Positions 1 to 10,717 of a stretch of DNA of 64,000 bases are shown here, piece by piece. Within the stretch, counting starts at the first letter, position 1; every line of letters begins with the position of its first letter. A model generated the notes under the pieces. That model was not told where the DNA came from, searched no databases, and saw only the letters and a program-made list of their open reading frames with translations. A program made the position numbers and the translations under genes. Source of the stretch: an uncultured Gemmatimonadales bacterium. GTDB lineage: Bacteria; Gemmatimonadota; Gemmatimonadetes; Longimicrobiales; RSA9. Where the stretch lies: the NCBI GenBank assembly GCA_963798085.1, contig CAWCRS010000001.1, positions 420,522 through 484,521 of the forward strand, in the 5' to 3' direction.

Positions 1-1
1 C

Positions 2-1426
2 CGAGCCGTTCGCCCAGATCATCCCCTTCGACAGGTACGTGTGGAACGGATTCAGCCGCTGGGAGCGCTGCGGTCCGAAGTTGCCCGCGTAGGTGTCGCC
101 GATCCACCACATGAACGTCGCCGATGGCTCGGGATAGCCGGCGTCGTACTTCTTCTGCAGCTCCGCCATGACGTCAATGGCGTGGTCGGTGGGAATGTTC
201 GAGTGGATGATGCCGAGGCGCAGACCCTGCCTGTGGTTGGCATCGAGCGCCAGCTTGTAGCTGTCCACCACCCAGTCGATGCCGCGATCGCCGATCGAGT
301 GGATGCTCACGTGCAGCCCGGCATCGGTGAAAAGCCTGATCTGCTGCCGCAGGATGTCCGGATCGGTGGCGGGATAGCCGCGATTGCCGGTGTCCACGGA
401 ATCGCGGTTGCGGTTCCAGTCGTCGTACAGCCACGCGGTGCGCGCGCCGCCGCTGCCGTCGACATACATCTTGATGCCGCCCGAGATCAGGTGGTCATCG
501 CCGGTCGACAGGTACGGCTTCGTGAAGGGCCCCACGCGCTCGAGCAATTGCTGCGCGGCCTCCAGCGTCTTGCCCGCTACCCACAGCACGAAGACACGCA
601 CGTTGAGCGAGTCCTGGCGCAGCACTTCCTGGTAGGTCTCCCATTGCCCCAGGTTGATGGCCGGGTCCTTCACGCCCGTCATGCCCTCGGCGTTGAAAGC
701 GCGCACCAGGTCCTTCATTGCGGTAACACGCTGTTCACGCGTGGCGCCGGGAACCAGCCGCCGCACCAGACCCTGCGCACTCTCTTTCAGCACGCCCGTG
801 GGCCGTCCGTCCGCGGCGCGGTCGATGGTGCCGCGCGCGGGATCCTGCGTAGCCGCACTGATGCCCGCCATGCGCAGCGCCGCACTGTTGGCGACGCCGT
901 AGTGCCCCATGGTCTGACTCAACCACACCGGATTGTCCGGCGCCACCGCATCCAGATCCGCCGCCGTGATGTAGCGGCGTTCGTCCAGCTTGCCCTCGTC
1001 CCAGCCGGCGCCTTCGATCCACTCGCCCGGCTTCGCCCTGCGCACACGCGCGGCAATCGTTTCCTTCACATCACGAATGCTCTTCACACGCGGGTAGCTC
1101 AGGTCGAGCACGTACATGCGGTCCACCGACGCGGCGCTGAAGTGCGCGTGCGCATCGAGCAGCCCGGGCGTCGCGGTGAGCCCGTGCAGGTCGATCCGCC
1201 GGGTCGACGGTCCCGCTAACCGCGTGATATCCGCGGTCGTGCCCACGGCGATAATGCGACCGTCCTTGACCGCGACCGCCTGCGCCACGCGATCGTTCGC
1301 GTCCACCGTGATCACCCGGCCGTTCACGAGGATCAGGTCGGCATCGAGCGGACCCGCGGCGCGCTGCACGGCCGACACGGGCCACAGCGCGAGCAGCGCA
1401 ATCGAGAAGAGAGTGCGTGTCTTCAT
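2..1426 (-). CDS. Amidohydrolase family 3 (YtcJ-like) with signal peptide; 3' end runs off the window
   Basis: Translated by hand from ATG 1426: MKTRTLFSIALLAL...DLILVNGRVITVD...PGLLDAHAH...GEWIEGAGWDE. Confidence 0.85.
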   Translation of the reverse strand, partial: MKTRTLFSIALLALWPVSAVQRAAGPLDADLILVNGRVITVDANDRVAQAVAVKDGRIIAVGTTADITRLAGPSTRRIDLHGLTATPGLLDAHAHFSAASVDRMYVLDLSYPRVKSIRDVKETIAARVRRAKPGEWIEGAGWDEGKLDERRYITAADLDAVAPDNPVWLSQTMGHYGVANSAALRMAGISAATQDPARGTIDRAADGRPTGVLKESAQGLVRRLVPGATREQRVTAMKDLVRAFNAEGMTGVKDPAINLGQWETYQEVLRQDSLNVRVFVLWVAGKTLEAAQQLLERVGPFTKPYLSTGDDHLISGGIKMYVDGSGGARTAWLYDDWNRNRDSVDTGNRGYPATDPDILRQQIRLFTDAGLHVSIHSIGDRGIDWVVDSYKLALDANHRQGLRLGIIHSNIPTDHAIDVMAELQKKYDAGYPEPSATFMWWIGDTYAGNFGPQRSQRLNPFHTYLSKGMIWANGS

Positions 1427-1494
1427 GCCATGTCTCGGCCCCAGACCTTGCTGAGCGATTGAATGAACTGCAACTGCCGGGGGCAGGCGACGAT

Positions 1495-1779
1495 TCACTT
1501 CGCGTTCGCGGCGCGCAGAAACCTCTCTGCCAGCCGCTGCAGGCGGCGCTGGTCCTGCTGGATGGCCTGCTCCAGAATGGCCTGCACGTGTGCGACGAGG
1601 CGAGGATCGCCCCAGGCGTAGCCGGTCGCCAGCTCCGCGCTGCGCGAATCGCCTTCGTCGGCACCCTGCAGCAGCGCCCATGCGGACGCTTCCGCGTAGT
1701 ATGGCGATGCCGGATCGGGCAGCTGGTAGCGCGGCCCGGGCTCATTACCCGCATCGTCCTTGACGAATGCTCTCGACAT
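1495..1779 (-). CDS. Small hypothetical protein (MSRAFVKDD N-terminus)
   Basis: Plausible ATG inside ORF 1495..2064; protein-like composition. Confidence 0.55.
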   Translation of the reverse strand: MSRAFVKDDAGNEPGPRYQLPDPASPYYAEASAWALLQGADEGDSRSAELATGYAWGDPRLVAHVQAILEQAIQQDQRRLQRLAERFLRAANAK

Positions 1780-2145
1780 TTGACTGCTGTTGCTCGTTCG
1801 CAGCTCGGCGCCCGGCGCACCCGGGACGCCTGCCGCAACCTCGCCCGCGCGTGTCGGCGAAGCAAGGCTTCGACCGGTCCTGTCTTGAAGGTCGGATGGG
1901 TGCCTGCCCGGCCGGTGGTTGCAGCCGGTCCGGCCTTGCTGCACCCACGTGCCGGTCATTGTCTGTCCCCTGCATGTGCGCAGGCACACGTGCAGCACGA
2001 TCGCAGGAGGCGCCCGGCTTGACCCGGGTACTGGCGACAACCTGCTGTTACCCGGTCGGCTCACCCTTCGCGACGCGCTGCCAGCGGAACCACCGGCCCG
2101 CGTCGATGCGGCTGTGTCTGACCGCGACGACCTTCGTTGTGGCGA

Positions 2146-2499
2146 CTATGCGGAGGCGAGCCAGTCCTCTGCTTCACGCCGCTCCTCGAACACCCGCAGA
2201 CTCCGACCCTTCCTGGCTTCGAGCAGGAATTCGCGGAACCGCTCACCGTGTGCGGGGGCCGGCGGGATGATCGCGGCGAGGCGAATGTGGTAGTTCTCCA
2301 GCTTCTGCAGGAACTCGCCGGCGAACTGCGTGCGCAGTTCGAAGAACTGCGGTGGCAGCCAGCGCGACTCGATCAGCAGGCGAAGCGACGCGTTCTCTAT
2401 GCACGCCGCCACCAGCGCCAGCGCATCGGCGGGCCTGGCGATGGCTTCCGTGCATTCGACAATGCGCGCGCCCGCGCGCTCGTGCACCGTCACGAGCAT
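2146..2499 (-). CDS. DUF4180 domain protein
   Basis: LPPQFFELRTQFAGEFLQKLENYHIRLAAI matches the family pattern. Confidence 0.8.
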   Translation of the reverse strand: MLVTVHERAGARIVECTEAIARPADALALVAACIENASLRLLIESRWLPPQFFELRTQFAGEFLQKLENYHIRLAAIIPPAPAHGERFREFLLEARKGRSLRVFEERREAEDWLASA

Positions 2500-2502
2500 G
2501 AT

Positions 2503-2843
2503 TCAGCCTCCCGCAGCGGCGCGATCGACCCGTTCGGCCGCTTCATGCAGTGTTGCGCACTGTAATGTCGCGTCAGGATGCTGCCGGCGCACCAGAATGG
2601 CGCGCATCCCGACGCGCTCCGCTCCAACAACGTCGGCCTTCCAGTTGTCGCCGATCATCCAGCCACGCCGGGCTTCAGGATGGTCCTGAATAACGCGTTC
2701 GAACGCCAGCAGATTCGGCTTCTCGATCCCGGTGCACGCCGGGCTGTACACGGCCGCGAAATGCAGGCGCACAAGGTGCTCGTCCATTCGCCCGGACGCA
2801 GCGCCAGCGTTCCATCAGAATCCCAGACCAGGAATCGCTGCAT
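2503..2843 (-). pseudogene. HAD-superfamily hydrolase remnant (internal deletion and frameshift)
   Basis: Motif I WDSDGTL in one frame is joined directly to EKP...MIGDNWKADVVGA (motifs III/IV) in another; cap region absent. Confidence 0.7.
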
Positions 2844-2910
2844 GGCGCCGGCGCCGCGGGGAAGATGGTCGAGTTGGCAGCCCTCGCAGGACCGCGAGGA
2901 CTGTGGAGCG

Positions 2911-4227
2911 TCATTTGCGCGTTTCGAGCGCGACGATGCGGTCGATCTCGTCGGCGCGCGCAGCCGGCAGCACCAGGGTTATGGCCGCGTCGCTCTGTGT
3001 GAATGCCACTGCCCGGCCGCTGTCCAGCATGCGCGCCCGCTGCACGCGGGCGCCGAACGCGGGGATCGACAGCGCCGCGTCGCGCCAGTCCAGCACATGC
3101 ACGAACACCGTGTCGGCCCTGCGGGTCGTCACGCCCCAGGAACGCGGTGTTATCGGGCCGCCACGCGTGCCGTATATGGCGCCGCCATACGTGTCCAGCC
3201 AGTGACCGATCTCGCGCAGCCGCTCGGCCGCTTCGGGTGGAATCGTGCCATCCGGCCGCGGTCCGATGTTGAGCAGCAGATTCGCGTCGTTGCCGGCCGC
3301 GCGCACCAGGGTGCCGATCAGCTCGCGCGTCGACTTGTACGCGTGATCCGTGATGTTGAAGCCCCAGGAGCGATTCATGGTGAGCGACGTCTCCAGCGGC
3401 AGCGCGCCGATCTGCGTGGTGTTGAAGCCCGCCGTGTTGGCGCCCGGCAGATCCTGCTCGAACGTCTGCACATCCTCGCCCGGCAGTGGCGCCTGGTGGT
3501 GGTTGGGCACAATCAGCGCCGCCGGCTGCAGGCGGTGAATCAGCGCGTACGTGCGCGCCAGCTGCCAGTCCGCGTCCGGCTTGTCCCACATGCCGTCGAA
3601 CCAGATGCCACCCAGCGGACCGTAATGCGTGAGCAGCTCCGTCAGCTGCGCGTTCATGAAGTCCAGATAGCGGCTCCATTCGCCGCTCTCGGGTCGCCCC
3701 GTGGCGTGTCCCGTCTGCCCGCGCGGCCAGTAGTCGGGGTGATGCCAGTCGAGCTGCGAATAGTAGAAGAACAGCCGGATGCCCTGCGCGCGACACGCGT
3801 CGGCCAGCTCCTTCAGCGGATCCCGCGCAAAGCGTGTCCAGTGCACGATGTCGTAACGCGTGGCGTCACTCGCGAACATCGAGAAGCCATCGTGATGACG
3901 CGCTGTTATCGTGATGTAGCGCACGCCCGCAGCTTTGGCCACGCTCACCCATGCGCTGGCATCGTACTTGACCGGATCGAACGTGGACGCCAGCCACTCG
4001 TACGTCGGCACCGGGATCTCGCGGTTCTGCATGACCCACTCGCCCTGACCCAGCAGGCTGTAGACGCCCCAGTGGATGAACATCCCGAACTTCGCGTCAC
4101 GGAACCACTGCCGCGCCGCCACCCGCTCCGGCGGGACGGAGTCGGTCGCCTGGCGTGCGCCCGCGGGCCGTACCATGGTGGCGATCAGCAGCATTGCCGA
4201 GAGAGCGCTCCGGAGCCGGCCCGTCAT
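2911..4227 (-). CDS. Alpha-L-fucosidase (GH29), secreted; start uncertain
   Basis: WFRDAKFGMFIHWG, ITARHHDGF, IWFDGMW, LLLNIGP motifs. Confidence 0.92.
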   Translation of the reverse strand: MTGRLRSALSAMLLIATMVRPAGARQATDSVPPERVAARQWFRDAKFGMFIHWGVYSLLGQGEWVMQNREIPVPTYEWLASTFDPVKYDASAWVSVAKAAGVRYITITARHHDGFSMFASDATRYDIVHWTRFARDPLKELADACRAQGIRLFFYYSQLDWHHPDYWPRGQTGHATGRPESGEWSRYLDFMNAQLTELLTHYGPLGGIWFDGMWDKPDADWQLARTYALIHRLQPAALIVPNHHQAPLPGEDVQTFEQDLPGANTAGFNTTQIGALPLETSLTMNRSWGFNITDHAYKSTRELIGTLVRAAGNDANLLLNIGPRPDGTIPPEAAERLREIGHWLDTYGGAIYGTRGGPITPRSWGVTTRRADTVFVHVLDWRDAALSIPAFGARVQRARMLDSGRAVAFTQSDAAITLVLPAARADEIDRIVALETRK

Positions 4228-4512
4228 CACGTGGGTGTGGCACGTCGCGTACATGGTTACGCTCTCCCCGCAGAAGTCGTCGACCTGCCGTCTGCGATCG
4301 ACCGGCCCGCCCGACCGGGCGCAGGCGCCGAGTCCCGTTGTGACCGCGTCACCCATGGCACTGTCCCGGCCACCATGCGCTCATGGGGCACAACGAAAGA
4401 AGTGGCCGCGGCGCGCTGAACGGCGGGTGTTGCCCGTTTCGAGCGGTGCGTGCAAACCCTTGCACGATCGGGTGTTGCCGAAATGGCAAAGGAGGGTGGG
4501 GGCGTCAACGGC

Positions 4513-4699
4513 CCGGACCGTCTTGGCGTTCGTGGCTTGCGACCCATTGTCAAATCCGTGCGGCCCGCACCGCCGTCACTCTGACCTGGAGAATGCCCGC
4601 ATCGTGGGGCTACGGCGCATGTAGACACGCCAAGCAGTCGCTATCCACAGACCGCCATGTTTGAATGGCGCAACTCCCAAGAACGCCAAGACGGTCCGG
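4513..4699. repeat. Hairpin/REPIN- or MITE-like element, copy 1
   Basis: Terminal IR CCGGACCGTCTTGGCGTTCgTGG / CCAAGAACGCCAAGACGGTCCGG (22/23). Confidence 0.75.
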
Positions 4700-4701
4700 A
4701 A

Positions 4702-5630
4702 TCACTGCAACCTCCGCCCATCCAACCCCCACGCCGGGTCGATCCTGATGCCCAGGTGCGCCAGCGCCGTCGCGGCTACGTCCACAATGCCCGGCGCCTC
4801 GGCCGGGCTGCCTCGCCTGGCCGACGGCCCGCTCGCCACGATGAAGATGGTCCGCTCCTCCGGCGAGTCGCCGCCATGGTCGCCGTCCGCCCGCCTGCCG
4901 TGATCGGTGCTCACCAGGATCAGCCAGTCCTCATGCGTGAACGAGGGACGCGTGCGCACCGCCGCCACCAGCTCCCCCACCTGCTGATCGGCCAGCGCGA
5001 TCGCCGCCTGATAGGGCGCGCCAATGGAATGCGTGTCATGGCTGGTCTCGTCCGGATTGCCCAGATACACAAACAGCGCGTCAGGATCGTGCTCGCGCAG
5101 CTCCTGCACGGCTGCCGCCACCATTGCCGAGTCCGCCGCCGGCCAACCCATTCTGATAGCCGTCACGGATGAATTTCCGGTCGGGCAGATTGCCGATCAG
5201 CGGGCCACCGGCGTCGTACGTCACCAGCGGCAGCCAGTCCGCCGCCGCGAACGTCTCCAGTTGCGGCCGCTCCTGCTCGATGCGCGTCAGGAAGTCAGGG
5301 TAGCGCTGGTAATGATTGCCGGCGAACTGATTGCTTGTAACACCGTGTTTGGCGGGCCACACGCCGGTCAGCATGCTGGACCAGCCGGGCCCGCTGCGCG
5401 TGGGCAGCGTGGTCTGCGCCCGGTCGCTGAACAGACCCGCCCCGGCCAGGGAATCGATGTGCGGCGTGGGCACGGCACGGAGCACGTCCACCCGCACACC
5501 GTCAATGCCGATGAGCAGCACGCGCGGTGTGCGTCCCCGCGAGCACGACGCCAGCACACCCAGCAGCGCGAGCGCCGCCGCGCGCGCGACGGTGAGCAGC
5601 GTCGTCGACTGCGATCCGATGCGAAGCTGG
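4702..5630 (-). CDS. Alkaline phosphatase superfamily / type I phosphodiesterase lipoprotein; frameshift near 5150, start uncertain
   Basis: VLLIGIDGVR, TRSGPGWSSMLTG in one frame; NPDETSH, VSTDHG in the next; lipobox LASC. Confidence 0.8.
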
Positions 5631-6473
5631 CGCCCACGTCGCCGCCACGCGCGCCGACCCGGCCTGCGCTGGCACGCCTGGTGACGCCGCTGCGCGGCCG
5701 TTGCATGACGTCTGCCGGCCCCGCGATCACACGCCGTCGGCTCACGCAGCATCGCCTGCTCCTGGCTCCGATTCGCGCCTTCTGCTGCCTGGCGCCGAAG
5801 CGCGTGCAATCCGGCAGGCGGGCGAGTGGCCTGACACGCGCGGCCATGACTTTCCGCCCTTACGTGGCACAGGCGACGCTGTTCGTCCATATTCCGGCGC
5901 TCCGGTGACATCACTGCGACCGCGGATGAATCTGCGTCATGCGCTTCCGTTCAGCCGAATCGCTTTGCTTCACACGCGGTAGACGCAACGTCGCGCGCCG
6001 CAATCCCGGCGTGCCGCCACGCCCAACGAGCGCAGACCGCCACGGCGCGCGTTCGCGCTGCCGCGCGTGTCGTGTTCGACCGCGCCGCTGCAGCCTCGCT
6101 CCCGCCGATTTCGTCCGCGACCACTTCGGTACTGCGCGGTGGATGCACAATGGCGCAGGCGGGTTGAGCCCTGCCACTCCGCCACCCGTCCGCCAGCGCA
6201 TGCTGTGGTATGATGCGCAGACCAGCGCCCAGCGCAAGCCGATCGGCCCATTCTTCGCAACGGCTCGAATCCGCCGGGCGGCGGCGGCGTGCGGAATTCC
6301 CAATGCGGATGCCGGCTGTCGCTTCGGCTGTTCGCATGACGACCCACGCACCGCCCGCTCGCGCTCCACATCGGTGCGGCTGCGCTGCGACCCGTTGATC
6401 GTGGACGCCGGGTCGCGGCGCTCCTGTTTACCCGGTGGCGCGACACAGCACGCGCCCGGCCGGCCCTGAATCC

Positions 6474-7560
6474 ATGGCCGCCGAAGCAACGCCGGTTCTC
6501 GAGCTGCGCGAGCTGAGCCGTCATTTCGGCGCGGTGCGCGCAGTGGATCGGGTCAGCGCTACCATCGCCCCCGGCGAGTACGTCTGCATCCTGGGACCGT
6601 CGGGCTGCGGCAAGACCACGCTGCTTCGCATGATCGGCGGTTTCGAGCAGCCCACGGCCGGCGACATGCTGCTGGACGGCCGCTCGCTCGCGGGCGTGCC
6701 GCCGGAACGGCGCGACGTGAACGTGGTGTTCCAGACGTACGCGCTGTTCCCGCACATGACCGTACTTGATAACATCGCGTTTGGCCCGCGCATGAAGCAC
6801 CGTTCGTCGCGCGAAATCCGCGATCGTTCGCTGGAAGCCCTGCGACTGGTCCGCCTCGAGGAGCTGGCATCCCGACTGCCTCACCAGCTGTCCGGCGGCC
6901 AGCAGCAGCGTGTCGCCCTCGCCCGCGCCATCGTGAATCAGCCGCGACTGCTGCTGCTGGATGAGCCGCTCAGTGCACTGGACCGGCATCTGCGCCAGGC
7001 GATGCAGGAAGAGCTGCGCGCCCTGCAGCGCCGCACCGGCATCACGTTCCTGCACATCACGCACGATCAGACGGAGGCAATGGTGCTGGCCGACCGCCTC
7101 ATCGTGATGCGCGCCGGCCGGTTCCTGCAGAGCGGTCGCCCCGAGGAAGTCTATCGCCGACCGGCCACGCGGTTCGTCGCCGGCTTCGTGGGCACATCGA
7201 ATCTGCTGGAGGGCGCGCCGCTCCCTGACGGTGAGTCAGGAATCATGACGACGGGCGGGCTGCGGCTCACTGCGGCGCAGGCGGTCGCGCCGGGGGCCGG
7301 AACACCCATCGTCGCCTCCATCCGTCCCGAGGCCATTCACATACTGCAGCCCGGTGAGGTCGCGCTCAACAGCTTCAGCGGGTCGTGTGCTGCATGTGGC
7401 GTTCACGGGCGCGCAGGTCGAATGCCTGCTGCAGGTCGGCGCACACCAGCTGGAGGCGCAGCTGCCGGGCCGCACCGGCACTTCGCTGACCGAGGGTCAG
7501 GAACTGCTGCTGGGCGTGCATCCGGCGGACGTCGTCCTGCTGCCTGCGCAGGAGGCGTAG
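6474..7560 (+). CDS. potA: Spermidine/putrescine ABC transporter ATPase; frameshift near 7380 before the TOBE domain
   Basis: GPSGCGKTT, LSGGQQQRVALARA, LLLLDEP; C-terminus continues in ORF 7354..7560. Confidence 0.85.
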
Positions 7561-7564
7561 CGAC

Positions 7565-8512
7565 ATGGCGAGAGGGGACGCGGGCATTCCGGGCGCCGTG
7601 TCGGTGCCACTAACGGCTGATTACAGGCGGCGACCGGTGAGTCCCGGCGCCGGGGAGCCCGGACTGCTGCGCGGGCGAGGCATGCTCGCGCTCACGGTAG
7701 GACCGGGACTGGCGTATCTGCTGCTCTTCTTCAGCGCGCCACTGGCCATCGTGCTGGTGTGGAGCTTCGGCACGACCGGCGCCGCCGGCGGCGTGCGCGC
7801 GGGCTTCACGCTGGCGGCCTACCGGCGTGCGCTCGACCCGCTGTACCTGTCCGTGCTGGCGCGCTCAGTGGCACTCGCGCTGATCACGACACTGCTGTCC
7901 CTCGCCGTCGCCTGGCCGACAGCATGGGCCGTGCGCAACATGAGCCGCGGACGCCAGCTGGCGGTCCTCTCGCTGCTCATCATTCCGTCGTGGATGAATC
8001 TGCTGGTGAAGAACTACGCCTGGATCGTGATGCTGCGGCGCGAGGGTGTCATCAACTCGCTGCTGCAGTCCCTCGGTCTGGCGTCTGCGCCGCTGTCCCT
8101 GCTGTTCAACAACGGCGCCGTGCTGCTGGGACTCGTGCACACGTATCTGCCTTTCATGATTCTGCCGCTCTACGCCGCCCTCGAGCGCATGGACTGGGCG
8201 CTCGTCGAGGCGGCGCGTGATCTGGGCGCGGGTCGCTGGCAGACGTTCCGCCGGGTGGTGCTGCCGCAGACGCTGGCCGGCGCCATGGTGGGCTCCACGC
8301 TGGTCTTCATCCCGGCACTGGGCGCGTTCGTGACGCCTGATCTCCTGGGCGGGCCGCGTTCGCTCATGATCGGCACGCTGATCGAGAATCAGGTGCTGGT
8401 GGCGCGCGACTGGCCCTTCGCCGCCGCACTCTCGGCCTGGCTCATGCTGCTGGTGGCGCTGACACTGCTGTTAGCGCGGCGGCTGGCGCCCGCCGGGCAG
8501 CGGGTGATCTGA
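7565..8512 (+). CDS. potB: Polyamine ABC transporter permease; start uncertain
   Basis: TM helices, EAARDLGA loop, YLPFMILPLY. Confidence 0.85.
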   Translation: MARGDAGIPGAVSVPLTADYRRRPVSPGAGEPGLLRGRGMLALTVGPGLAYLLLFFSAPLAIVLVWSFGTTGAAGGVRAGFTLAAYRRALDPLYLSVLARSVALALITTLLSLAVAWPTAWAVRNMSRGRQLAVLSLLIIPSWMNLLVKNYAWIVMLRREGVINSLLQSLGLASAPLSLLFNNGAVLLGLVHTYLPFMILPLYAALERMDWALVEAARDLGAGRWQTFRRVVLPQTLAGAMVGSTLVFIPALGAFVTPDLLGGPRSLMIGTLIENQVLVARDWPFAAALSAWLMLLVALTLLLARRLAPAGQRVI

Positions 8513-9302
8513 TGGCAAGGCGAGGCCCGTGGATGCTGTCCCGCCCGGTCCTGTGGCTGGTGCTGGCCTTCCTGTACGCACCCGTGCTCATCCTGGTGCT
8601 CTACTCCTTCAACAACGCGCGCTTCAGCGCGCACTGGCAGGGCTTCACACTGGCGTGGTACGCCCGCCTGTTCCACAGTCCCGAGGCGGCGGCGGCGCTG
8701 CGCAACACGCTCATCGTGTCCAGCACGGCCACGGTGATGGCGACGCTCCTCGGTACGCTGCTCGCGCTGGGCCTGCACTTCTTCCGCTTCCGCGGTCGCG
8801 GCCTCGTCGAGCTGCTGCTCTTCTCCCCGTCGTGGCGCCCGACATCGTCATGGGCGTCTCGCTGCTCGCCCTCTACGTAACCGTGCACCTGCCGCTCGGT
8901 CGCGTGTCGATCATCCTCGGCCACGTCGCGTTCCAGATCTCGTTCGTGGCCCTGGTTGTGCGCGCCCGGCTGCATGATTTCCCGCCCGCGCTGCTCGAGG
9001 CGGCGCGCGACCTGGGCGCCAGCGAGCTGCAGGCGCTGCGTCGCGTCGTGCTGCCGCCACTTCTGCCGGGGATCCTTGCGGGCGGCCTCATCGCGCTTGC
9101 ACTCTCCATCGATGACTTCGTCATTACCTACTTCACCGCCGGTGCGGGCGCTTCCACACTGCCCATTCGCATCTACTCCATGGTGAAGCGAGGCGTGACA
9201 CCGGATATCAACGCGCTCTCCACGCTGCTGCTGCTGGCGACACTGCTGGTTATCGCGCTCTCGCTCCGGCTGCAGCGTCGCTCCGGAAAGGAACCGTCGT
9301 GA
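8512..9302 (+). CDS. potC: Polyamine ABC transporter permease; frameshift near 8825
   Basis: FLYAPVLILVLYSFN, then EAARDLGA and LSIDDFVITYF in the second frame. Confidence 0.85.
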
Positions 9303-10717
9303 CCGCCATCGTGCGCCGTTGCCTGCGGGTCGCCGCACCCACCGCGAACCTGTCGCCCGACCTCGTGCTCGCTGCACCCGTGCCGGCGCAGCACGAACGT
9401 TGCGCAGCGACGCGCAGCGCAGCCGGCGCAAGCAGTGTGTCAGGCCGGTCGTCAGGCATGAGACAATCCGTCAGCCGTTCCCGCGCAACCGGCCCGCACC
9501 GGAACAGGCAACACGTCGCCTGCGCTTCGGACAGGCGCCGCTCCAGTAATCGCACCAGGCAGTTCTTCGGGAGAGAGTCTGACGCATCGGCGAGGGCGCC
9601 GCTGCAGGCGAGCCTGTTCCGTCTCGTCCTCCCGGCGATGTTGCTGCTGGGCTGTTCCGGGCGCGCGCCTGACCGCCCCGCTGCCATCACCGCCTACGGC
9701 GTGACACTGGAAAGCGCGCATCTCGGCGATCAGCTGAACCTGTTCACGTGGCCCGACTATCTCGATCCACAGCTGGCAAGGGAGTTCGAGAAGACGTATG
9801 GCGTGAAGGTCCGCATCGACTACTACGACACCAACGAAGCGCTGATCGCGAAATTGCAGGCGGGCGGGCAGGGACAGTACGATGTCGTCATCGCTTCGGA
9901 CTATGCGGTGGAAGTGCTGCGCAAGGCGGGGCAGCTGCAGCCTCTCGATACCGCGCGGATCCCCAACCGCGTGAACCTGGACGCGCGCTTCCGTGATCCG
10001 CCGTACGATCCCGGCGACCGCTACAGCATTACCTATCAGTGGGGCACCAGCGGACTCGGTGTGCGCAGCGATCTGGTGAAGGACACGACGCGCATCATTC
10101 CCAGCTGGCGCCTGGTGTTCGATGCCGCTGCCGCCATCGGTCCCTTCACCATGCTCGACGATCAGCGGGAGACCATCGGTGCGGCGCTGATCTACCTCGG
10201 CTTCTCGCCTAACAGCACGGATTCGACGCAGCTGGCGTCGGCCGAACGACTGCTGCAGGCGCAGCGACCACGCATCCTGACCTACTCGCCGTTCGCCACG
10301 GCGAAGGATCTGCTGGCCAGTGGTGATGCCGTGGTCGCACACAACTACAGCGGCGATGTGCTCATGGTGCAGGAGGACGTGCCCGGTATCCGTTTCGTCA
10401 TTCCGCGCGAGGGCTCGATCGTCTGGACCGATAACATGGCTGTTCCGACAGGCGCGCCGCACGCCCTGCTCGCGACCGCGTTCATCAACTTCATCCTGGA
10501 TGCCGGCGTGGGCGCCCGCCTCTCGAATTTCACGCGCTACGCGTCGCCCAATGCGGCAGCCATGGCGGGCATCGATCCCGCCCTGCGCGCCGACCGCAGC
10601 GTATACCCGGACAGCGCGACCCTGCAGCACCTCGAGTTCCTGCGCGACATCGGCGAGGCGCGCGGCCTGTACGATCGCATGTGGACGAGGCTGCGGGCCG
10701 GTGCCGGAGCGCGCTGA
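9299..10717 (+). CDS. potD: Polyamine ABC substrate-binding lipoprotein; true start probably near 9600
   Basis: LNLFTWPDY, YDTNEALIAKL, YQWGTSG, WTDNMAVP; lipobox LLGC near 9650. Confidence 0.85.
   Translation: MTAIVRRCLRVAAPTANLSPDLVLAAPVPAQHERCAATRSAAGASSVSGRSSGMRQSVSRSRATGPHRNRQHVACASDRRRSSNRTRQFFGRESDASARAPLQASLFRLVLPAMLLLGCSGRAPDRPAAITAYGVTLESAHLGDQLNLFTWPDYLDPQLAREFEKTYGVKVRIDYYDTNEALIAKLQAGGQGQYDVVIASDYAVEVLRKAGQLQPLDTARIPNRVNLDARFRDPPYDPGDRYSITYQWGTSGLGVRSDLVKDTTRIIPSWRLVFDAAAAIGPFTMLDDQRETIGAALIYLGFSPNSTDSTQLASAERLLQAQRPRILTYSPFATAKDLLASGDAVVAHNYSGDVLMVQEDVPGIRFVIPREGSIVWTDNMAVPTGAPHALLATAFINFILDAGVGARLSNFTRYASPNAAAMAGIDPALRADRSVYPDSATLQHLEFLRDIGEARGLYDRMWTRLRAGAGAR

Noticed and set aside
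41..1219. Long antisense ORFs (also 2578-4419, 18737-20698, 46756-48540)
   Set aside because: Shadows of real genes on the opposite strand in high-GC DNA.
6160..6195. tRNA-like 5' end (GGACGGGTGGCGGAGTGGCAG) on the minus strand
   Set aside because: No anticodon arm, T-loop or acceptor stem partner follows.
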